Shown here: positions 27,969-37,268 of the stretch, one piece after another
Numbering within the stretch: the stretch's first letter is position 1
Layout: the number at the start of each line of letters is the position of its first letter
Assembly (NCBI GenBank): GCA_965277805.1
Contig: OZ255842.1
Location: 864,001-928,000, forward strand
DNA length: 64,000 nt
Origin: Candidatus Lustribacter sp.
GTDB taxonomy: Bacteria > Vulcanimicrobiota > Vulcanimicrobiia > Vulcanimicrobiales > Vulcanimicrobiaceae
Reading direction: 5' to 3'
The notes under the pieces: model-generated
The model's input: the letters and a program-made list of their open reading frames with translations, nothing else
Told to the model about the DNA's origin: nothing
Database searches by the model: none
Position numbers and translations under genes: made by a program

Positions 27969-30674
27969 GTGGACTACTCAGTTTTTTCGGCGACACTCGG
28001 CCGCGAGCGGGAACTGAAGCTGGCCCAAGAGGCGATTGCCGCCGCATGCCGCGGTGCCGGCTCCGTCCTCGTCGTTCGGGGCGCACCCGGGATGGGAAAG
28101 ACTCGCTTCCTTGAGGCTGCGCGAGCCAGCGCTGTGGCTCAGGGCGCGCGAAGCGTTACGGCGACCAACTTCTCGACGGTGAGGGGGCCCTTTGGTCCCT
28201 TTGTGGACGTAATGACTGCGCTCCGGGAGCTGGTGCCGTCGGTCATTCCTCCGCTCGAATCGGAGCGCGCCCTCTTCGAACGCGCGTTCGGCGTCGGAAG
28301 CGCGACGCAGGACGCCGCGATCGACCGGCGCCGGATATTCGTGTTGCTCGCGAACGCATTGATGCGCGCCGCGCAGCGCACTCCGCTCGTCGTCGCGATA
28401 GACGATGCGCAATGGGCGGACCCGGAGTCCATCGAATTTCTATCGTACTGGCTAACGCGGACCGATCTAGCCCGTACGCTGATCATCGTTGCCGCTCGCG
28501 ATGACGATGACGCTGAGGCAGTCGCGCATGCGCTTGACCGCTTCGAACGCGTACGCAGCGTCGACTTGTTGCCATTGCCGGCGCAGACGGCACGCGAACT
28601 CCTGGCGATGCGAACGCCGGCTGAGCGCACGTTGTCGGGGCGGGCGATCGACGAGATCTGCGAACTAGCAGACGGAAATCCGCTTTTGCTGGAACAGCTG
28701 GTTGCCACCGCGCTTGCCGCCGGCGGGCGCCCGGCAACGCCCCGAAACATCGAGCACAGCGTGCGTGGGCGGATGCGCAGCCTAGGCGGGAAGGCGGCAC
28801 GGACCATCGAGGTCGCGTCCGCGATCGGTCGCACATTTGCGTTGCACGACCTCACGGCGGTGGCCAGGATTGACGTCGACGATGCGTTGCGCGCGTTGCG
28901 CGACGCGCGGGAACTCGATCTCGTCGATGAGGTACCGGACCAGCCTGAGAAGTTCGTCTTTCGGCACGAGCTCGTTCGCCTGGCCGTCTACGAAAGAATG
29001 TTCGCCGCGGAACGCCGGGCGGTACATGCGTCCATCGCGCGGCTGCTCGAAGCGCAGGATGCTGCACCTGAACTATTGTCAGATCACTGGCGCCGATCCG
29101 GTGATGTGGAACGAGCGATCGGCTGCGCCGAACGCGCCGGCGATGCTGCCGCCGCGATCGGGGCATATGCATCGGCGCGCAACCGCTATCTCGACGTGAT
29201 CGACGCGACGACCGGGATCGCTCGTGCCCGAATCGCCGAGAAATTGGCGATGGCACTCGTCTGGCTCGGGGACACGGCACCGGCCCGCCAATATATGCGA
29301 TGGGCCATCGATCACTATGCCGCTGAGTCCGAAGACGCGAAGCGCTGGGAACTCGAATGCCGGTACGCCGAGATCGCCTACGGATGTGGCGATACTGACG
29401 AGGCCGTCGCGGCAGCGCAACGTGTCTTTCAGGCGGCTGCTGCGACGGACGAAAGTCGCTTCAGCGCGCGCGTCTCACTCGCGGTGTACGCGGCGTATTC
29501 GAACGACCTCGATGAAGCCGTCGCGCATATCAACGGCGCTATTCGCGAACTGGGTGCGCGACGGCGCATTGACGAAGTCCGTCTCGAGGAGACTCGGGCG
29601 ACCGTTGCCATGATGCGAGACGACCTCGAGGCATGGCGTCGACACGGGCAGGCAGCCCTTAGCTTGGCGGCCACCGATGTTCCCGCTACGCTCAGCAGCG
29701 TAGCAAACTTGAACTTCGCGCTGATGGCGCGCGAGCTAGGGCGCGGTGAACTTGCGCGGCCGGCTCTTGCGACCGCGATCCGGATGGCCGACGAGAACGG
29801 TCTCGTCTTTGTGGGCGCCTACGCGCGCTGCGAGGCGATCGACGTTCTCTATTCACTAGGCCGGCTTAGCGAAGCCCTGACGATGATTCGCGAAACGATC
29901 GTGCTGGGAGTTGAGGCACGCCCGGTTCGAATCGCGCTGACTGGTGCAGCGCTTCCCGTTCTGGCTGATCTGGACGCGATCGAGACGTACCCGACGATTG
30001 CCGATCGGACGCTTATCGATGCAGCGTTCGAGACCGGCGAACCCTCGCGCTACGCCTACCTTGCGGCGGCGTTCGTCTCCAGCGATTTTATTGCAGGTCG
30101 CGGTACGGAGGACCTTATCGATCGCGCTCTGGACGGCATCACCTCGACCCGCTACTTGGCTCCGTCACTGTTCACATTTGCACGTTATGGAACACTCGCA
30201 CAGATCAGCCGCGTACACGACCTCTTCGCCGCCGACCCGGCCAGAGGCGATCAGCGCATCTACCGTCTATTCGCCGACGCGTTGTACGCGCGCGCTGTCG
30301 GCGATCTCGACATTTTTCACGAAGCGGTTCGCCGGGCAACGCGGCTCGCTCACGATGCCGAACTGCGCCTCCTTGTAGCGTACGGGCTCGAGCTTGCGGG
30401 GAAGCGGCGCGATGCGCTGACAATGTATGCCCAATGCGGCGCGTTGGCGCAGCTTCGGCGCCTCAATCGACCCGACCATCTATCGAAGCGACAAGCTGAG
30501 ATCGCCGAGCTCCTTGGGCAAGGTTTGACGAATCGCGCAATCTCGGAGCGATTAGTGCTGAGCGAACGAACCGTCGAGAATCACGTAGCCGCAATCTTGG
30601 CAAAAACAGGCGCGCGAAACAGGGGAGAATTCATTAGCGCGCGGGCGGTCGGACGCGAATCGTTTCGAGCGTAA
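27969..30674 (+). CDS. LAL/MalT-type regulator: AAA ATPase + TPR-like + LuxR HTH
   Basis: GRE, GAPGMGKT, IDDAQWAD, GNPL, FRHELVR, C-terminal GLTNRAISERLVLSERTVENHV. Confidence 0.92.
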   Translation: MDYSVFSATLGRERELKLAQEAIAAACRGAGSVLVVRGAPGMGKTRFLEAARASAVAQGARSVTATNFSTVRGPFGPFVDVMTALRELVPSVIPPLESERALFERAFGVGSATQDAAIDRRRIFVLLANALMRAAQRTPLVVAIDDAQWADPESIEFLSYWLTRTDLARTLIIVAARDDDDAEAVAHALDRFERVRSVDLLPLPAQTARELLAMRTPAERTLSGRAIDEICELADGNPLLLEQLVATALAAGGRPATPRNIEHSVRGRMRSLGGKAARTIEVASAIGRTFALHDLTAVARIDVDDALRALRDARELDLVDEVPDQPEKFVFRHELVRLAVYERMFAAERRAVHASIARLLEAQDAAPELLSDHWRRSGDVERAIGCAERAGDAAAAIGAYASARNRYLDVIDATTGIARARIAEKLAMALVWLGDTAPARQYMRWAIDHYAAESEDAKRWELECRYAEIAYGCGDTDEAVAAAQRVFQAAAATDESRFSARVSLAVYAAYSNDLDEAVAHINGAIRELGARRRIDEVRLEETRATVAMMRDDLEAWRRHGQAALSLAATDVPATLSSVANLNFALMARELGRGELARPALATAIRMADENGLVFVGAYARCEAIDVLYSLGRLSEALTMIRETIVLGVEARPVRIALTGAALPVLADLDAIETYPTIADRTLIDAAFETGEPSRYAYLAAAFVSSDFIAGRGTEDLIDRALDGITSTRYLAPSLFTFARYGTLAQISRVHDLFAADPARGDQRIYRLFADALYARAVGDLDIFHEAVRRATRLAHDAELRLLVAYGLELAGKRRDALTMYAQCGALAQLRRLNRPDHLSKRQAEIAELLGQGLTNRAISERLVLSERTVENHVAAILAKTGARNRGEFISARAVGRESFRA

Positions 30675-31152
30675 TCATTTGGCTCGTATCTATCGGGATA
30701 TGAACGAACTGTTCCGCGAGCCCGAGCGTCATCGAACACCTGAAGAGCACCAAGGTGACGGATGAATGGCCCCCTACGGCTGCGGTCGACACTACGGCAT
30801 TCCGGTCCGCCGCTGCGATGAAAGCATCGACATGCGCCGTTTCGGAGCTGGACGTTGTGTCGGACAACTGCAATGGTGCGTTCATGGAAGTAAATGTAGC
30901 GTCCTCGATTCGCAGTTTTTCCGCTCCGACGTGACCCAACGCCGCGATGCCCGGACAGGACGGTTGAAACACGCCTTTTGCGTCCGCGACGAGTCTCGGG
31001 TTATACGTTGCCGGCCCGCAGTGATCAGTGGCGCACTGCGTTCCGGTGAGCGGCAGCCCCGGAGTAGTCTGCGGCAGAAACTCTGCAGCGGCGACTCCGC
31101 CGCCAAACATGAGAACGCCAACGGCGGCCAACCGTAATAGCTCCTTCGCCAT
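30634..31152 (-). CDS. Secreted Cys-containing hypothetical protein
   Basis: MAKELLRLAAVGVL signal peptide, four Cys; stop overlaps the regulator end. Confidence 0.55.
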   Translation of the reverse strand: MAKELLRLAAVGVLMFGGGVAAAEFLPQTTPGLPLTGTQCATDHCGPATYNPRLVADAKGVFQPSCPGIAALGHVGAEKLRIEDATFTSMNAPLQLSDTTSSSETAHVDAFIAAADRNAVVSTAAVGGHSSVTLVLFRCSMTLGLAEQFVHIPIDTSQMITLETIRVRPPAR

Positions 31153-31222
31153 TACGTGAACTTCGTAGATTGCGCCTGTTTCCCTAGGTGGAGCGACCGT
31201 ACAAAAAAACGGCATCCCGCGC

Positions 31223-31258
31223 AAAAAAAACGCCCGATCCCTTGGGGGACGGGCGTTT
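31223..31258 (-). terminator. Intrinsic terminator after tRNA-Phe
   Basis: AAACGCCCG...CGGGCGTTT hairpin plus long T-run on the minus strand. Confidence 0.8.
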
Positions 31259-31264
31259 ACGGAG

Positions 31265-31341
31265 TGGTGCCGAGACCCGGAATCGAACCGGGGACCCACG
31301 GTTTTTCAGACCGTTGCTCTACCGGACTGAGCTATCTCGGC
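31265..31341 (-). tRNA. tRNA-Phe(GAA)
   Basis: Reverse complement GCCGAGATAGCTCAG...CT-GAA-AA...GGTTCGATTCC...CTCGGCACCA. Confidence 0.97.
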
Positions 31342-31495
31342 ACGACTTAGTGGCCTGAAGGCCGACGCGTTTTCTTCACCGGCCGGGTTCGCTGCCCTTC
31401 CCTGCGGCTACGTCCGGCACAAGTCAGTGCTTGGCCGGTTTGCCCTGCGGGCGTCCGGGGTTCACACACGTACGTTCCGGGCAGATAATATCGCT

Positions 31496-31687
31496 GTGGA
31501 AACTTCATTCGACGAAGAGACGGCGGCCGCGTTTAGCGGACCGAATCGCCGGCGTTCGCGCCGCCGGCGCGCGTCTACAACGGTAGAGGGCGATTCGCGC
31601 CGCGCCGACCGCCGCCGGCAGAAGCCCGGGATTGCTGGTTTGCTGCGCGATATGGGCTTGGACAGCCGCGGTCCGAACGGAGACTAG
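31496..31687 (+). CDS. Small Arg-rich hypothetical protein
   Basis: GTG start shortly after GATAAT; about 63 aa filling an otherwise empty gap. Confidence 0.3.
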   Translation: METSFDEETAAAFSGPNRRRSRRRRASTTVEGDSRRADRRRQKPGIAGLLRDMGLDSRGPNGD

Positions 31688-31706
31688 TCCCGCGAGCCGG
31701 GCGGCG

Positions 31707-32099
31707 TCAGTGTTTGGCCGGTTTGCCCTCGAGGGTCCAGGTGTGGAGACCGTTCCCCGGCGCGGTGGCCGTTAGCTTTCCATCGACGAGCGTGCCGTTG
31801 AAATAGTGGTTCTGGATCCGGTTGCCATTGCCGATGAGGAGCCAGATCTTCGTGCCGGTCATGCCGCCGGTGACCTGGACGATTTGCCCTTCGGTGTTCA
31901 TGAACGTGCCTGAGACGATGCCGTCGTCTGAAATCGAAAGCCGTAAGCGTCCGTCGTACTCGCCGGCCGACTCCGGATCGTACTGGCGCGTCGTCAAGTC
32001 GTAGCTCATCGCCGACGCAGACGCCGGCAGGGCGGTAAGGGGCGCGAACGCCGCGGTGAGAGCTAGGACCGCCAGCGTCGCGATCGCGCGTGCCTTCAT
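31707..32099 (-). CDS. Secreted beta-rich hypothetical protein
   Basis: MKARAIATL signal peptide; alternating beta-strand pattern. Confidence 0.7.
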   Translation of the reverse strand: MKARAIATLAVLALTAAFAPLTALPASASAMSYDLTTRQYDPESAGEYDGRLRLSISDDGIVSGTFMNTEGQIVQVTGGMTGTKIWLLIGNGNRIQNHYFNGTLVDGKLTATAPGNGLHTWTLEGKPAKH

Positions 32100-32142
32100 G
32101 CACCCATGAACGCGCGCCGGACGTGTGAGGGTTCCGAAGCCC

Positions 32143-32167
32143 AATCCAGTTTTAACGCTGCGCCGTT
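32143..32167 (+). promoter_or_regulatory. Putative ECF promoter AATCC-N16-CGTT
   Basis: CCCAATCCA...CCGTT upstream of the ferritin-like gene. Confidence 0.5.
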
Positions 32168-32222
32168 CTATGGCCGGAGCAACGGCCCGTTGTTCTAGTA
32201 AAGCTGAAAGGTTCATAAGCAA

Positions 32223-32753
32223 ATGTCTACGTTCACGCGCGGCCGTCTACTCGCTGCCGCTCCCGTCGTCGCCCTTACCGCCGGCAGCTTGATGCTCGCG
32301 TTCCAACAAGCGGCCGTGGCCGCAACGCCCGGCGATCTCGCCGTTCTGAATTCTGCGATTCCGCTCGAACGCGCCGGCATCAAGGCGTACGCCGATGCCG
32401 CATCGCTCGGCATTCTCTCGCCCGGCGTGCTCGCCGTTGCGAAGGGTTTTATGGCCGATCACATGGCGCATCGCGATGCGCTCATCGCGGCCGTGAAAGC
32501 CGGCGGCGGCGTACCGAGCGAAGAGACGTTGAAGCTCGTCTATCCGTCGCTCAAGACCGAAAAAGATATTCTCGTATTCGCGCAGTCGGTTGAGAAGCAA
32601 GCGGCGAGCGCCTATCTCGGCGTGTTTCCGGTGCTGCAAGACAAGGCATTGGCGAAGGCGGCGGCCTCGATTCTCGGCGTCGAGACCATGCATGTGGGTA
32701 TCCTGGCGTCGGCGCTCGGCCAGGGTCAACCCTATACCGGCTTCATCAGCTAG
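32223..32753 (+). CDS. Exported ferritin-like domain protein
   Basis: LE...Y, DHMAH, E...AY, ETMH four-helix di-metal pattern; Tat-like leader. Confidence 0.85.
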   Translation: MSTFTRGRLLAAAPVVALTAGSLMLAFQQAAVAATPGDLAVLNSAIPLERAGIKAYADAASLGILSPGVLAVAKGFMADHMAHRDALIAAVKAGGGVPSEETLKLVYPSLKTEKDILVFAQSVEKQAASAYLGVFPVLQDKALAKAAASILGVETMHVGILASALGQGQPYTGFIS

Positions 32754-32782
32754 CTTATTTAGCGAACGGGGCAAAGGCACCC

Positions 32783-32807
32783 AATCCAAGGCGACCTTTG
32801 CTCCGTT
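32783..32807 (+). promoter_or_regulatory. Putative ECF promoter AATCC-N16-CGTT
   Basis: Second CCCAATCCA...CCGTT, upstream of the NiCoT/DUF4331 operon, inside an AACGGGGCAAAGG...CCTTTGCTCCGTT hairpin. Confidence 0.5.
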
Positions 32808-32822
32808 AAGCTTATGTGGCTG

Positions 32823-32863
32823 TCTCTCGACGACGCGCCTTGGGCGCTCTGCTCGGGATGACA
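32823..32863 (+). repeat. REP-like repeat, long-loop variant
   Basis: CTCGAC-[GACGCGCCTTGGGCGCTCT]-GCTCGGGATGACA; same ends as the other copies. Confidence 0.6.
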
Positions 32864-32900
32864 ATACTCAACTTCATCTTTGTGAACTGAAGGAGAGCCG

Positions 32901-34439
32901 GTGCGGATGTTCCGGATCGCGGCGATGTTGGTCGTCGCCTTGTTCGCCATACCCTTACCGGCGCAAGCGCATCCGCTCGGCAACTTCACGAGCAATCACC
33001 TCACGCGCATTGCGGTGCAGCCGAACGCGATCGACGTGCACTACGTGCTCGATGACGCCGAGATTCCCACGTTCTCGCTGCTGCGTTCGCTCGATGCGCA
33101 CGGCAAGCCGTCGCAGACCGCGCTCAACGCGTGGGCCGTACAGCATGCAAAGGATATCGCCGGCGATCTCGTGCTCACGGCCGGCGCTCGGCCTGCCGCG
33201 CTCACGTTCAGCGGAGCGCACGTGCAGTTGCGGCCCGGGGCGGCTGGTCTCTCTATCCTCTACTTCACCGCCGATTACACGGCATCGCGGCCGCCGGGCG
33301 CACTACGCATCGAGTATTCCGATAACACGCTCCTTGGGCGCATCGGCTGGAAAGACGTCGTCGTCCTGCCGCAGCGCGAACCGACGCAAGAGCTGCGCAT
33401 GTATCCGGATGCCCTGATCGGTTCGCCGCGCGATCGCACGGCCGTCGCTCTGACGGTTGCTGCCGACGGCGCAGTGACCGTGGCCGATGCCACGGCTGCG
33501 CCGCTCTTCGGTGTCGCGTCGGCGGCGCGAATGAACGATCTCTCCGACGTGCTCGCTCGCAACCTCTCCGATCCGCTCGTGCTCCTCGGCGCGCTGCTGC
33601 TCGCGGTCGGCCTTGGCGCGCTGCACGCGCTCGAACCCGGACACGGCAAAACGCTGCTGGCCATCTCGCTCGTCGGGGCCCGCGCGACGGTCCCGCAAGC
33701 GATGATCCTGGCGTCAGCCCTCACGATCGCCCACACGATCGGGGTGCTGGCGTTCGGCGTCATTGTCCTCACGCTCGCACAGTACATCGTGCCGGAAGCG
33801 CTGTATCCGTGGATCGCGCTGCTCTCGGGCGTCTTCGTCGCGTTCCTCGGCGCACGCGCTCTCTTGCGCGAGATTGACCGCCGCCGCTCGCGACACGACC
33901 ACGGCGATCACGCGCACGATCACTCACATTCGCACGGCCACGATCATCATCACCACCACGACGACGGCGGCTTCAGCGAAGCGGTGCACGCGCATTCCCA
34001 CCTGATCCCCGGTACCGCGCCGATCAGTTTCCGTAGCGCCGTCATCGCAGCGAGCACCGGCAACGTTGCGCCCTGTCCCGCGGCGCTCGTCGTGCTGCTC
34101 GCGGCGATTGCCACGCATCGCGTCGGCTGGGGACTCGTGCTCATCGTCGCGTTCAGCATCGGGCTTGCGCTCACGCTCACGCTGCTCGGCGTCGCGGTCG
34201 TGCGCGGTGCGGCGTGGCTCACGCGCCGGCCGCAGTTCGATCGCTTTGCGCGCTACGCGCCGCTCGTTACCGGCGGGGCCATCTCGATCATCGGTTCGGT
34301 GATGATCGGCGAGGGGCTCGTCGCGCAGGGCGTCGTGCCCTCACCCGTGCCCATCGCGGCACTCACGATCGCGGCGATCGCCGCCTTCATCCTCGTTCGC
34401 TCCCAACCTCACCCACCACTCAAGGAGAAGTACTCATGA
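32901..34439 (+). CDS. RcnA/NiCoT-superfamily Ni/Co transporter with N-terminal periplasmic domain
   Basis: Signal peptide then HPLGNF; HALEPGHGKT; HT; His-rich loop; PCPAA. Confidence 0.88.
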   Translation: MRMFRIAAMLVVALFAIPLPAQAHPLGNFTSNHLTRIAVQPNAIDVHYVLDDAEIPTFSLLRSLDAHGKPSQTALNAWAVQHAKDIAGDLVLTAGARPAALTFSGAHVQLRPGAAGLSILYFTADYTASRPPGALRIEYSDNTLLGRIGWKDVVVLPQREPTQELRMYPDALIGSPRDRTAVALTVAADGAVTVADATAAPLFGVASAARMNDLSDVLARNLSDPLVLLGALLLAVGLGALHALEPGHGKTLLAISLVGARATVPQAMILASALTIAHTIGVLAFGVIVLTLAQYIVPEALYPWIALLSGVFVAFLGARALLREIDRRRSRHDHGDHAHDHSHSHGHDHHHHHDDGGFSEAVHAHSHLIPGTAPISFRSAVIAASTGNVAPCPAALVVLLAAIATHRVGWGLVLIVAFSIGLALTLTLLGVAVVRGAAWLTRRPQFDRFARYAPLVTGGAISIIGSVMIGEGLVAQGVVPSPVPIAALTIAAIAAFILVRSQPHPPLKEKYS

Positions 34440-35257
34440 AACCGATCCAACGAGCGATCGGGGGACTTTGCGCGATCGCCGTGCTCGTCATAGCGGTCAT
34501 CGCGTATAGCACCCACTCCGTTCGCGGCTCAGATCACCAAGACACCTACAACCTCGCAACGCGGTCGAACACTTCGGCCGACATCACCGATGTGTACGTG
34601 TTCCCCTCACCGGCCAACCCCGCGAACGTCGTGTTCGTGATGAACGTCTCGCCCTTGATCCCCGCCGGCATGGGCACGGCAAAATTCTTCGACCCGACGC
34701 TGATGTGGCAATTCAAGATTTCACACGGTACGAGCGGTGTTGAAGATCAAGTCATTCAAATGGGCGTCAGCGGCACGACCTCGAGCCAAGTCGTCACCGT
34801 GTACGGACCGGCGAAACCTAACGAAGTCGGTACGTCGAACACGTTCGTCCCGCCCACCGGCACGGTCGGCTACAACGCCTCGGCGACGCTGCCGAACGGC
34901 GTGCAAGTGTTCGCAGGCCCGCGCGCCGATCCGTTTTTCTTCGACCTCTTCGCGTTCTTCAAGTTCCTCGGCGATCGCAACTACTCAAACCACACCTCGC
35001 AAAGCGATCCTGGAACGGGCAACACGCTCACCGGCACGCCGACGTTCAACGGCTTCACCGCCGGAACGATGTCGGGCACCGGCGCGGGCGCGTACGCTTG
35101 CAGCACCGCGGCGCCGCAAAACGCGCTGGCCGACATCAACGGCGGCTTCAACGTCCTTTCCTACGTCGTCGAAGTGCCGCGCACGCTGCTGACCAGCGGC
35201 TTCTCGAGTTCCACCATTCACGTATGGGCGACGGTCAACTCGTCGACCGGGTCATAG
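34436..35257 (+). CDS. DUF4331 family protein (N-terminal half), secreted
   Basis: SDH, DITDVYVF, VFVMNV, VFAGPRADPFFFDL. Confidence 0.85.
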   Translation: MKPIQRAIGGLCAIAVLVIAVIAYSTHSVRGSDHQDTYNLATRSNTSADITDVYVFPSPANPANVVFVMNVSPLIPAGMGTAKFFDPTLMWQFKISHGTSGVEDQVIQMGVSGTTSSQVVTVYGPAKPNEVGTSNTFVPPTGTVGYNASATLPNGVQVFAGPRADPFFFDLFAFFKFLGDRNYSNHTSQSDPGTGNTLTGTPTFNGFTAGTMSGTGAGAYACSTAAPQNALADINGGFNVLSYVVEVPRTLLTSGFSSSTIHVWATVNSSTGS

Positions 35258-35267
35258 GAGCGCCACG

Positions 35268-35870
35268 ATGAAACACACCTTATACGTTCTGGCCATCGGC
35301 GCGCTCGGCTTCGGGCTCGCAGCCTGCGGCGGCGGCAACAGCGTCAATAGCGTTCCGGTTCCCGGATCGCCCGCCGGCCCCAAATACGTCCAAATCGAGT
35401 TGCTCGCGCGTCCGGCAGTCAAAGAGCTCTTCGAGAAGTTCGTCGATCACCAAGTCACGAACGCGGCGGAACCCTACGCCGATCCCACGCTGCAGGGCGA
35501 GATCCAATCCTTCACCGATGCCCTGCGGCCGCCCAAACCGTCCGTCGGCAGCGACTACGGTAAGGTCCTCGCCGCGGTGCTCTATCCGAACTGGATCACG
35601 GCCGACCTCTCGCAAACCGGCGGTGCGGCGTATCTCGGCAACGAAACCGGCGGTGCCACCTCGGCAACGCACAGCACCTTCGGCGGACGCGGAATCACGG
35701 ATGACGTGATCGCGATCTCGCTCGGTGCCGTGTTCGGCGGAACGCTCCCGGCGTTGCATCTCCAACCGGAAGACAACGAAGAGAACAACTGCATCAGCAA
35801 CGACAACACGCCGCAACGGGCGTCGCAAGCTCCAACGGCAACCTTCCCCTACCTCGCCGTCGCGCACTAG
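35268..35870 (+). CDS. DUF4331 family lipoprotein (C-terminal half)
   Basis: LAAC lipobox; YVQIELLARPAV, GGRGITDDVI, TFPYLA..H. Confidence 0.8.
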   Translation: MKHTLYVLAIGALGFGLAACGGGNSVNSVPVPGSPAGPKYVQIELLARPAVKELFEKFVDHQVTNAAEPYADPTLQGEIQSFTDALRPPKPSVGSDYGKVLAAVLYPNWITADLSQTGGAAYLGNETGGATSATHSTFGGRGITDDVIAISLGAVFGGTLPALHLQPEDNEENNCISNDNTPQRASQAPTATFPYLAVAH

Positions 35871-35875
35871 GGACG

Positions 35876-37216
35876 ATGAGGACATCCGGTCCCGCCGGAA
35901 TTGCAGCGGTGACGATCGTGCTGGGCGCGATCGTTGCCGCTGCTCTCTGGCCCCACTACATCGAGCGCAGCGCCAACGTGGCCGCCGCGGCCGCATTGCC
36001 GACGATGGCGCCGGTCGTTGCCGACTACGAGCAGCGCGACAAGCTCGTCGCGTACTGGGAGAAGGCGGAGAACGAACACCATCCGGGCGATATGATCAGC
36101 CCCGACAACCTCGCCTCACAATATTTGCAGCGCTACCGCGAACGCATGGATATCGACGACGTGCTGCGTGCCGAACGCGCGGCCAAACAATCGTTGATCG
36201 CGCAACCCGTGGGCAACATGCCGGGCGAACTCGAGCTCGCCTCGATCGACCTCACGCTGCATCGCTTTGCCGACGCGATCGTGATCACCAAGCACATCGA
36301 ATCCTACGACTCCGGGGATCCGTCGATGTATCCGCGCGAAGCGAGCCTCGACATGGAAGTCGGCAACTACGCGCGCGCCGCGCATCTGCTGGCCGCCGTG
36401 CCGGAGAAGCGGCGCGATGACGGCTGGCGCGTGATCGAGTCGCGCTATCTCGAACTCACCGGCAATCTCGCCGGCGCGCGTACGCTCTTGGCGACCACGT
36501 CCGCGTATCAGAATGCGAACTTCGATGCGCCGGCGCAGCAGCGCGCGTGGTACTTTTTCCGCGCCGGCGAGATGGCGTTCGAAGCGGGCGACAACGACAC
36601 GGCGCTCGGCGACGAGCGTGAGGCCGTGACGGTGTTCCCGAACTACGCCGACGCCTTGCGCACGCTGGCCCGCATCGAGTGCGCGCGCCACGAGTGGCAG
36701 CAGTGCCTCACCGACGCGGTCGCATCGTCGAATATCGTGCCCTATCCGGAGACCCTCGGCTACAAGGCCGACGCGCAGCGCGCGCTCGGCGATGCGGCCG
36801 GCGCGGATCAAACGGCCGACTTGATCCACACCGTCGGCGAACTGGGCGACCAGCAGCACATCACGGACCGCCTGCTGGCGATCTACTATGCCGATCACCA
36901 CCTCTATCCCGACGAGGCGTACGCGATCGCGAAGAACGAGCTGAAATCGCGCGACGACATCTTCACCGAGGACACGCTCGCGTGGGCCGCGGCGATGGAC
37001 GCCCGCTGGACCGAGGCGCGGACGCACATCTCGCTCGCCTTGCGCTACGGCACCCAAAACTCGCTGCTCGACTACCACGCCGGGGTCATCGCCCAGCATT
37101 TCGGCGATGCAACTGCCGCCCGGACCGATTTGCGGCGCGCCCTGGCGCTCAATCCGCAGTTTCACCCCGCCTTCGCGGACGACGCCCGGGCCCGTCTCGC
37201 GAAGCTCCCGGAATAA
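35876..37216 (+). CDS. Membrane-anchored TPR repeat protein
   Basis: N-terminal TM helix; helical repeats; DTLAW, YHAG, ALALNPQF. Confidence 0.88.
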   Translation: MRTSGPAGIAAVTIVLGAIVAAALWPHYIERSANVAAAAALPTMAPVVADYEQRDKLVAYWEKAENEHHPGDMISPDNLASQYLQRYRERMDIDDVLRAERAAKQSLIAQPVGNMPGELELASIDLTLHRFADAIVITKHIESYDSGDPSMYPREASLDMEVGNYARAAHLLAAVPEKRRDDGWRVIESRYLELTGNLAGARTLLATTSAYQNANFDAPAQQRAWYFFRAGEMAFEAGDNDTALGDEREAVTVFPNYADALRTLARIECARHEWQQCLTDAVASSNIVPYPETLGYKADAQRALGDAAGADQTADLIHTVGELGDQQHITDRLLAIYYADHHLYPDEAYAIAKNELKSRDDIFTEDTLAWAAAMDARWTEARTHISLALRYGTQNSLLDYHAGVIAQHFGDATAARTDLRRALALNPQFHPAFADDARARLAKLPE

Positions 37217-37268
37217 GTCTTACGGTGTATACGAGTTCCCCGTGCCCGCCCGTCGTAGCTGAGAAGCC

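Noticed and set aside
27180-31341. Intact integrative element or prophage at tRNA-Phe
   Set aside because: No integrase, phage genes or duplicated tRNA 3' end found by eye
32760-32900. NiCo or cobalamin riboswitch upstream of the metal transporter
   Set aside because: No recognisable consensus; the structure is explained by a hairpin, the promoter-like motif and a REP-like copy (no covariance search run)
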